Made by a program: the position numbers and the translations under genes
Origin: Thermoplasmatota archaeon
GTDB taxonomy: Archaea > Thermoplasmatota > Penumbrarchaeia > Penumbrarchaeales > Penumbrarchaeaceae
Assembly: GCA_029762535.1 (NCBI GenBank)
Contig: JARVGK010000025.1
Coordinates: 1 to 44,621, forward strand
DNA: 44,621 nucleotides
Reading direction: 5' to 3'
In this document: positions 38,056-44,621 of the stretch, piece by piece
Numbering within the stretch: position 1 is the first letter of the stretch
Layout of the letters: each line of letters begins with the position of its first letter
The notes under the pieces: model-generated
What the model was told of the DNA's origin: nothing
Database searches by the model: none
What the model saw: only the letters and a program-made list of their open reading frames with translations

Positions 38056-40185
38056 TTACCCGCCGACGACCAGATAAACGGCCAGCACAGTTCCGATTAT
38101 CGCCTCGCCTATGTAGAACCCCGTCATTATCATATACGAGTCAAGGAGCTTGAAGGTCTTCTCGGCCTCTCCCCAGTTAAGGCGCTTGGCCCTGGGACCG
38201 AGCCATTTCTTCTCCCACAGGTCCCTTGCGAAGCCTCCGGTGACCAGCATGAGGGTGTACTGCAGGGGCAGGTACATCCCGAGGCCGAAGGCCGTACCCA
38301 TTCCCGTAAGAAGCTCCACGAATACGCCGATGAATATGCCCAGGCCGAAAAGCAGCATGCTTACCTGGCCTCCGGCCAGGATCTGCACGAACACTGCGAA
38401 GGCCGATGCCTGAGGCGCCTCGAGCGCCATCTCGCCGTTGGCGAGCCTCATGGAGAAGAAGGCCGCCGCCAACGCTGCGGCGGGGGTGCCGAAGATTATC
38501 GCCACGGACTCGCCTTTGATGAGGTGCATGGGCCTCGTTCCAGCATAGAGCCCCGCCTTGAAATCCCACATGATCTCTGAGGATAACGAGATGGCGCTGC
38601 CGAAGACCGTTGTCCCCACGAGGGCCATCAGTATGATCTGGCTCTTGCCGTGGGGGAATGGTATGAGCAATGCGATGAGGCTGAACGAGCCGAACAGCAG
38701 GAGCAGGGTCAGGAAGGACGTTCCCGACACCGGCGTGGTACCGATCTCCCCGGAGATCTTGACAGCGATCGCACCCAGGGCGAAGGTCAGGACGACGAGA
38801 AGCCCGGAGAATACGAATGATGCCAGAACAGGGAAGCCGCCGAAGAGCCAGAAGGCCAGCCCTATGGTCACGAACGCAGCGCCCATGACAATGGGTATAT
38901 GCTGGGTGGGCCACTCGTACCAGCCCATTCCCGGCACCCACTCCTTCTTCTGACCTCCCTTGGTCTTCATGACGTCCTGAAAGACGGTCTTGAAAACGGG
39001 CAGCATCTTGAAGAGGGCTGTCGTGCCCCCTCCCAGAATGGCGCCTATGGCTATGATCTTCGCTATACCCTGCGCAGCCCCGAAGGCCGGAGCAGGATAT
39101 GGGATGAACTCAGACAGAGGGCCGGGAGGGATCGGCAGGGCCCGGACCGACAGGAAGCCCGTCCCTCCATACTTCTCGAGGATCGGGATATAGATGGGCA
39201 CATCCAGAAGATAGACCATCGGCACGATCAAGAACCATGTGACGAAGGATCCGAAAGCGACGGTGAGCGATGCCCTCGATTTCATGAACCAACCGATGGC
39301 GAATCCGATCCCCGTGAACTCGTACGAGATATGCGTTAGGTTGGACCACTTGTAGGGCATGTGTATCCGGCCGTGGCTGTACCACTGCCCGAGGCCGATG
39401 GAGTTGATCACATAGGTGATGGGGGGGAGGTCCTTGAAGAACGACAAGGGGAAGTCTCTAAGGAAAGCGAAGGCGAACATCGCCAGGAACGAGGCCATCA
39501 CCTTCTTGATCGAGCTGCGGGCCTGTTTCACCCCGCCTTCGGATAGATGCCCCGCGATATCGAGGAGCTTCACGAAGGCCTGGAAACCCGGGGAGGGCAG
39601 AGGATCCTCCACCTGCCACAGCCTCCTGAATATGATGAAGTACATCATACCCATTAGCGATGCGAACAGGGATGCGACCATCGCCAGCGGTACGATGTTC
39701 GAGCTCTCGATGAGGGCGGGGGAAAGCAGGGGCTCACCGTCGGACATGACGTACTGGCTGGAGTAAGCCAGCAAGTATATGGCCGGGAAGGTGAAGACGA
39801 ATCCGGTCACTGTCCTGTCGGTGGCGGTAGCGGAACCCGAGGCGATGTTCACCTGGGACGGCTTCCACCTGAAGAGCATTCCTACCAGATAGGAGACATA
39901 GAACGCTCCTCCGGTCACGAGGCCGATCTTGAGGGCGATGTACTGAGATATCACCGTGAACGGAAGACCGACCACGATTATGACCAGGAGCAGCTTCCAC
40001 CAGCTGAAGGAGGAGACCCTGAAGCCCTCGGTCCTGTTCTTATGGTCGAGGTATTCCTCGAGCACCTCGGTGTTAAGGTTCGAATACACCTCGGTGTCGA
40101 AATAGTTCAGCGTGCCCTTCTCGATCTTCTCCAGGCCCTTGGCAGTTGGAGGCTGCCTGTAAACGGACCTGCGGACCTTGCCCAT
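38056..40185 (-). CDS. OPT/YSL-family oligopeptide transporter
   Basis: YIALKIG, GFVFTFPA, GEIGTTPVSG, DFKAGLYAGTRP, EAPQA, FGLGMYLP. Confidence 0.88.
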   Translation of the reverse strand: MGKVRRSVYRQPPTAKGLEKIEKGTLNYFDTEVYSNLNTEVLEEYLDHKNRTEGFRVSSFSWWKLLLVIIVVGLPFTVISQYIALKIGLVTGGAFYVSYLVGMLFRWKPSQVNIASGSATATDRTVTGFVFTFPAIYLLAYSSQYVMSDGEPLLSPALIESSNIVPLAMVASLFASLMGMMYFIIFRRLWQVEDPLPSPGFQAFVKLLDIAGHLSEGGVKQARSSIKKVMASFLAMFAFAFLRDFPLSFFKDLPPITYVINSIGLGQWYSHGRIHMPYKWSNLTHISYEFTGIGFAIGWFMKSRASLTVAFGSFVTWFLIVPMVYLLDVPIYIPILEKYGGTGFLSVRALPIPPGPLSEFIPYPAPAFGAAQGIAKIIAIGAILGGGTTALFKMLPVFKTVFQDVMKTKGGQKKEWVPGMGWYEWPTQHIPIVMGAAFVTIGLAFWLFGGFPVLASFVFSGLLVVLTFALGAIAVKISGEIGTTPVSGTSFLTLLLLFGSFSLIALLIPFPHGKSQIILMALVGTTVFGSAISLSSEIMWDFKAGLYAGTRPMHLIKGESVAIIFGTPAAALAAAFFSMRLANGEMALEAPQASAFAVFVQILAGGQVSMLLFGLGIFIGVFVELLTGMGTAFGLGMYLPLQYTLMLVTGGFARDLWEKKWLGPRAKRLNWGEAEKTFKLLDSYMIMTGFYIGEAIIGTVLAVYLVVGG

Positions 40186-40863
40186 TCAGCTGACCTCCGG
40201 GGCTCTACCTGCCTCGAGGGCCTTGTTCTCCATGATAGCCTTTATCCTCTTCCTCCGGAAGAAGTCCTCCCTCTCACGCTCCTGGAGCTGCATGGTTATG
40301 TACCTCTCGGTATTCCTAAGCCTGGGGATGAATATGTGCTCCAGGGCGTTGACCCTTCTCTTGGTCTTCTCTATCTCAACGGCGATCCGCTCCATGGCGG
40401 ATTCGACCTCGGCGAGCTTGAGAAGGGATCGTATCGCCCCCCTGTATGCGGTCATCGAGTCGTCCAGCGCCTGGGGGGTCGAGCCCAATGACCAGGGCTT
40501 GTCCTTATCCTCGGGATCCCTCCCCTCGATGGTGGGCACTCTCACCCCCATGATGTTGAGCATGGATATCCTCGGAGCGGGATATGGTTCTATCCCCAGT
40601 GTATACGATCTGATCGTCTCGTAACCGAGCACTGCCATGGCATTCTGGATATGGACCTGGGCTCCCTCGAACGAGGAGCGCACCTCGGACCTCAGCTCCT
40701 TCCTCCTTTTGATTATGTCGAAGAACTGCACCACCAGCGCGTCCCTCTTCTCGCCAAGCAATTTGTGTCCCTTCTCGGCAAGAATCCTCTTCCTCCGGGT
40801 GGATAGGAGCTCCATCCTGGTCGGGTTGATGCCCTCGATGACCTCGCCTGGCATTACCTTCAC
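40186..40863 (-). CDS. atpD: A/V-type ATP synthase subunit D
   Basis: NPTRMEL, GHKLL.EKRDAL, NIMGV.VP, IEKTKRRVNALE..IP, ERERE. Confidence 0.95.
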   Translation of the reverse strand: MKVMPGEVIEGINPTRMELLSTRRKRILAEKGHKLLGEKRDALVVQFFDIIKRRKELRSEVRSSFEGAQVHIQNAMAVLGYETIRSYTLGIEPYPAPRISMLNIMGVRVPTIEGRDPEDKDKPWSLGSTPQALDDSMTAYRGAIRSLLKLAEVESAMERIAVEIEKTKRRVNALEHIFIPRLRNTERYITMQLQEREREDFFRRKRIKAIMENKALEAGRAPEVS

Positions 40864-40921
40864 CGTTATATCGCTGCCCTCAATATCACATTTATTATTA
40901 TTATATGTCGGAGGAGAACGG

Positions 40922-42325
40922 TCATTGCTTCTTGATGTGCGACAATCCGGCGATGGCCCCGGGGTTGTTCTCGAAGTATTTCCTCAGCGGGTCCAGGATC
41001 GATATCAGCAGCTCCGAGACGGCTTTTTTTAGGTCCTGTGGATGGACCTCCTTGTTGACGAAGGCTGAACGAAGCTCCTCCATGGATGAGAAGGATACGT
41101 TGCCACCCCATTTCTCAGGCCGCTCTATCCTAAGCTGGCCCTTGAACGGGAAGACGATATGAGCGCATATGTCCATGACAGGGTTGTCAGGCACTCCCTC
41201 CGGGCACCAGGCCTTCTTCAGCTTCCTCCTGATATCATCGGGGGAGTCGTGGAGGAATATTCCTGAATCGGGATCGGACTTTGACATCTTCTCATCGGAT
41301 GCCTCCTCGGGATCCTCGTCGATCCCGAGATAATCCAGAAGCTCCGAGCGGGCGAGGTTCAGCGTCCTCTCGATGCCTTTTATCTCCATGGGTTCGGTTA
41401 CGGAATCCATGGCATTCGCATCCTTCTGAAGTATGTTGTATATCGGTGCCTTTCCCCCTACCCTTCTCCTCCCGGCGAGAAGGACCTCCAGAGCCTTGTG
41501 TCGTTTCTCCGGCGACATCGATGAGAGGCCGGTAATCAGGTCCCGCGTGTCCCCGCTTAGCCTTCCGTTCTTTATGAGGAGGGGGATATCCTCCTCCAGC
41601 CTCTTGGCGAGCGCATCGTGGTCCAGACCTCCGGATGATGTGCTGGCCATCTCCATCCTTCCGCTCTTGCTCAAGGATGATAGGAGCGGTGTGTGCAGGG
41701 CTATCGGTTTTTCCCGGCCGAGCTTCTCCGCCACATCCCTGGCGAGCATGTGGGCGTGCCTCTGGTCCGTCCCGCCGATGGCGAGGTCTATTCCCATGTC
41801 GAAGATGTCCGCCGCCTGCATTGAAGGGTATATGAACTTGGATGAGTCGGCGTCCGCCTCGTCCTCCTTCCTTCCCATGATGGTCATCGCTCTCCTGATC
41901 CTCGAAAGCGAGGCGGACTTGGCGACCCTCAGGACGGTCTCCCAGTACTGGGCGCGATCGGCCAGATCGCTGGCCCACATGAACTTTAACCTGCCGGAAT
42001 CGATCTCCGTCCCCAGGCCGTAGGCCCTGTAGCATTCCATGAAATACTTGCCGCAGGTCTTGATCCTCTCCATGTCGCCCCCATACTTGTCGTTGATGAA
42101 GGCGTGCCAGTCGGCAAGGAGGACTATCACCTCGAAATCAGCGTCCAGGAGCTGTTTGAGCTTTCGCGTTATTATAAGCCATCCTATGTGGACGAAGCCG
42201 GACGGCTCGTACCCCACGTATGCCCTGGGCCTCTCCTTGCGCTGGAGCAGTCCCCAGAGCTCCTGCTCCATGACGATCTCCTGGGCCCCTTCCGTGACCA
42301 GTTCCACCCTCTCCGTTATATCCAT
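40922..42325 (-). CDS. tyrS: Tyrosyl-tRNA synthetase (archaeal type) with large insertion
   Basis: YVGYEPSG..HIGW, LADWHA, YPSMQAADI, GGTDQR, KMSKS, HPQDLK. Confidence 0.95.
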   Translation of the reverse strand: MDITERVELVTEGAQEIVMEQELWGLLQRKERPRAYVGYEPSGFVHIGWLIITRKLKQLLDADFEVIVLLADWHAFINDKYGGDMERIKTCGKYFMECYRAYGLGTEIDSGRLKFMWASDLADRAQYWETVLRVAKSASLSRIRRAMTIMGRKEDEADADSSKFIYPSMQAADIFDMGIDLAIGGTDQRHAHMLARDVAEKLGREKPIALHTPLLSSLSKSGRMEMASTSSGGLDHDALAKRLEEDIPLLIKNGRLSGDTRDLITGLSSMSPEKRHKALEVLLAGRRRVGGKAPIYNILQKDANAMDSVTEPMEIKGIERTLNLARSELLDYLGIDEDPEEASDEKMSKSDPDSGIFLHDSPDDIRRKLKKAWCPEGVPDNPVMDICAHIVFPFKGQLRIERPEKWGGNVSFSSMEELRSAFVNKEVHPQDLKKAVSELLISILDPLRKYFENNPGAIAGLSHIKKQ

Positions 42326-42383
42326 GAGCAATATCACCGACCCTGACGCTAGGCTAATAAGGGAGGGCTACTTTAAATTGATT

Positions 42384-43364
42384 ATGGTCGCCTTCCCCGA
42401 GGGGGTGAATATTGGATTCCCCTTTGTGCGTTATCAGGACGGTTCCCTAACGGACGAGGCTTCGAGATCGCCATTTCACGTCCTCGGGCACAGCTGGGCG
42501 GGGGCCTCACCCGTTCTCGCTCTCAGGCCGTTGAGGGAGGAGGGCGGCCCTCTCTTCTACGAAGGAGAGGTACTTGAGTTGGAACTATCCTCATTCGGGA
42601 GGATCGATATGAGGGCCGGGAGGGAGGTGTTCTGCACCGGACGATGGGAGGGGGAGCATGTCCCATGCCCAGGGAGGGAACCATACGAGGGTTTCTCCAG
42701 ATGCCGGGAGTGTATGGCCCCCGAGATCCCCGATCCATCCTGCGTTTTCGAACCGCACTGCCACATGGGCACTTGCGGAGCATTCTTCTGCCAGGCCGAG
42801 CATGTTGTGTACCTGGCGATGTTCGGCAGGAGGATGAAGGTCGGATTGACCCAGGCCTCAAGGGTGATAGAGAGGGGAATGGAGCAGGGTGCTGATCTGA
42901 TGATGGTTTTGGCGAGGACGCAGGACCGCTACAGCGCCAGGGCGCTCGAGAACCTGATCTCGCGCAGGTACAGGATATCCCAGTTCTCCTCGGATGCCGT
43001 CCTGAAGGGGCTTGAGAGGCCGACGCCGATAGCTGAGGTCAAGAACCTGGCGCTGGCGTTCTTCGAGAGGGTCCGGAGGGAACAGATCGCGATATCGGAC
43101 CTGTTCCCCTCGAGAGGGACCTCCGTTGCCGCACTCCCAAGGGACCTGCCCTCGGAGCCACTTATCATGGGCCCATACCCGATCCCCGAAAGACTTGAAG
43201 CGGCCCCCAGGAGGATCCCCCCCGAGATCGTTCGAGGGGAGGTGGTGGGATTCAAGGGGAAATGGGGAGTGATCAGATCCAACGGATCCCTCGCGGCGTT
43301 CAAGACGGGGGATCTTGTCGGAAGGATCGCATACATGGACCCCTCCTCTCTCGGGAACGATTAA
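42384..43364 (+). CDS. DUF2797-like Cys-rich protein
   Basis: CTG..CP..C..C, C...C...C...C..HVVYLA, KVGLT, RGMEQGA, G.KG. Confidence 0.75.
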   Translation: MVAFPEGVNIGFPFVRYQDGSLTDEASRSPFHVLGHSWAGASPVLALRPLREEGGPLFYEGEVLELELSSFGRIDMRAGREVFCTGRWEGEHVPCPGREPYEGFSRCRECMAPEIPDPSCVFEPHCHMGTCGAFFCQAEHVVYLAMFGRRMKVGLTQASRVIERGMEQGADLMMVLARTQDRYSARALENLISRRYRISQFSSDAVLKGLERPTPIAEVKNLALAFFERVRREQIAISDLFPSRGTSVAALPRDLPSEPLIMGPYPIPERLEAAPRRIPPEIVRGEVVGFKGKWGVIRSNGSLAAFKTGDLVGRIAYMDPSSLGND

Positions 43365-43390
43365 TTACATGCTCGTATTTTTCATGCTCC

Positions 43391-44149
43391 ATGGCGCAAT
43401 GGTACGAGGAGCTGTTCGTGAACTACTCAAAGAAGTACGACAGGGAGGACTTCACCCTGGGGACGATCCAGGAGGTCGATTTCATAGAGCAGGAGATCGC
43501 CTTCGACAAGGGATGCCGGATACTGGACATAGGATGCGGCACGGGCAGGCATTCCATCGAACTGGCGAAGAGGGGCTACAAGGTCGTCGGGGTGGACCTG
43601 TCCGAAGACCAGCTCAAGAGTGCGAGGGAGAAGGCCTCCGAGGCGGGAGTGGAGGTAGAATTCAAGCAGGCGGACGCGAGGGATCTCGATTTCGATGAGG
43701 AGTTCGACCTGGTCCTGATGATATGCGAGGGGGCGTTCCCGCTGATGGAGACGGACGAGATGAACTACCAGATCCTGATAAACGCCGCGACGTCGCTGGT
43801 GAGGGGCGGGAAGCTCATCATGACCACTCTTAACGGTCTGTTCCCCCTCTTCCACTCGGTGAAGGATTTCATCAATGAGAATTCGCAGGAGGGATGCTCC
43901 ACGAAGGGGAACACCTTCGACCTGATGACGTTCAGGGACCATTCCACATACGAGATCGTCGATGACGACGGGAACGTCAAGACCCTGACCTGCAACGAGA
44001 GGTACTATGTCCCCTCCGAGATGAGGTGGCTGTTGAGATCCGTGGGGATGAGGGAGATCTCGATCCTGGGGTGTGAGATCGGCAACTGGTCCAGGGATAG
44101 GGAGCTCACGACGGAAGATTACGAGATGCTGATAGTCGCCCGGTATTGA
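43391..44149 (+). CDS. Class I SAM-dependent methyltransferase
   Basis: ILDIGCGTGRH, VVGVDLS, ADAR, FDLV. Confidence 0.93.
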   Translation: MAQWYEELFVNYSKKYDREDFTLGTIQEVDFIEQEIAFDKGCRILDIGCGTGRHSIELAKRGYKVVGVDLSEDQLKSAREKASEAGVEVEFKQADARDLDFDEEFDLVLMICEGAFPLMETDEMNYQILINAATSLVRGGKLIMTTLNGLFPLFHSVKDFINENSQEGCSTKGNTFDLMTFRDHSTYEIVDDDGNVKTLTCNERYYVPSEMRWLLRSVGMREISILGCEIGNWSRDRELTTEDYEMLIVARY

Positions 44150-44162
44150 ATTATAACGTATA

Positions 44163-44621
44163 TCATTCCGACCCCATGGATCCATTAATATCCGAAGGAG
44201 GCGGGGCAGCAACGAATTCGGATCCCGAAACCGTTATCGGGTCCGGACCCTTTTTCGATCCCCTCGTGAAGAGGTAGATCCCTACCACCAGGAGAACGAT
44301 GAAAGCACCCATCAGCAGAAAAGCGAAATATGGGGGTCCATCCTCATCCGATACCTTGACTATCTCCACTTCGAACTCGTAATATATCGACTCCCCGGAT
44401 CCGTCCCTCACAGTGACATTTATGAGATATGATCCCGAAGGAAGGTTCAGGTCTATCTCCGGACCGTAACCTATCGCAACACCGTTCGCCTTCCAAGTGA
44501 AGTTGAGGGCATCCCCGTACGGAAGATCGGGATCCTTCGCACTGGCCCTCGCGATCTGTGGGGATCCCTCCGCATAGCTCTCGTTGTATTCGACGACGAG
44601 ATCGTACGGTGGATCATTGAC
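44163..44621 (-). CDS. C-terminal part of a large surface protein (cadherin/PKD-like Ig domain + TM)
   Basis: Frame open from the window end: VNDPP...DPDLPYGDALNFTW...GSYLINVTVRDG, then TM and basic residues. Confidence 0.8.
   Translation of the reverse strand, partial: VNDPPYDLVVEYNESYAEGSPQIARASAKDPDLPYGDALNFTWKANGVAIGYGPEIDLNLPSGSYLINVTVRDGSGESIYYEFEVEIVKVSDEDGPPYFAFLLMGAFIVLLVVGIYLFTRGSKKGPDPITVSGSEFVAAPPPSDINGSMGSE

Noticed and set aside
41295-41650. TyrRS insertion as an intein or intron
   Set aside because: No intein terminal residues or LAGLIDADG motif; the frame is open with host-like codons; no obvious bulge-helix-bulge seen

Overview
Gene-dense archaeal chromosomal segment, most likely from an anaerobic or facultative heterotrophic Thermoplasmatota member. 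The evidence is an archaeal-type TyrRS, the Zn-ribbon/aEF-1beta/DUF54 cluster, A-type ATPase subunit D, TATA promoters and membrane-anchored wHTH and S8 proteins; the phylum call is inference. Left to right: an AT-richer left edge (FG-GAP protein, orphan ORF); an arsenic module (ACR3, ArsR, ArsP-like permease) with a shared palindromic operator; an oxidative-stress module (flavodoxin-like, Cys-less Fur/PerR, peroxiredoxin, katG, YbaN); a RelE-like toxin remnant; and an ~7.5 kb DUF134-led Fe-S/metallocofactor (ORP-like) operon with many paired paralogs. Next come a CxxC-x17-CxxC mini-gene embedded in structured RNA (its 3' flank folds into a perfect four-way junction with a tRNA T-loop), a candidate leaderless 21-aa peptide/sRNA, surface proteins and peptidases, an aRF1 paralog with GGMSQ instead of GGQ, tRNA-Asn, housekeeping genes, an orphan atpD coupled to an OPT transporter, and a TyrRS with a ~115-aa insertion in the KMSKS loop. 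No CRISPR array, integrase or transposase was seen. All family calls come from motif recognition by eye, not database searches.
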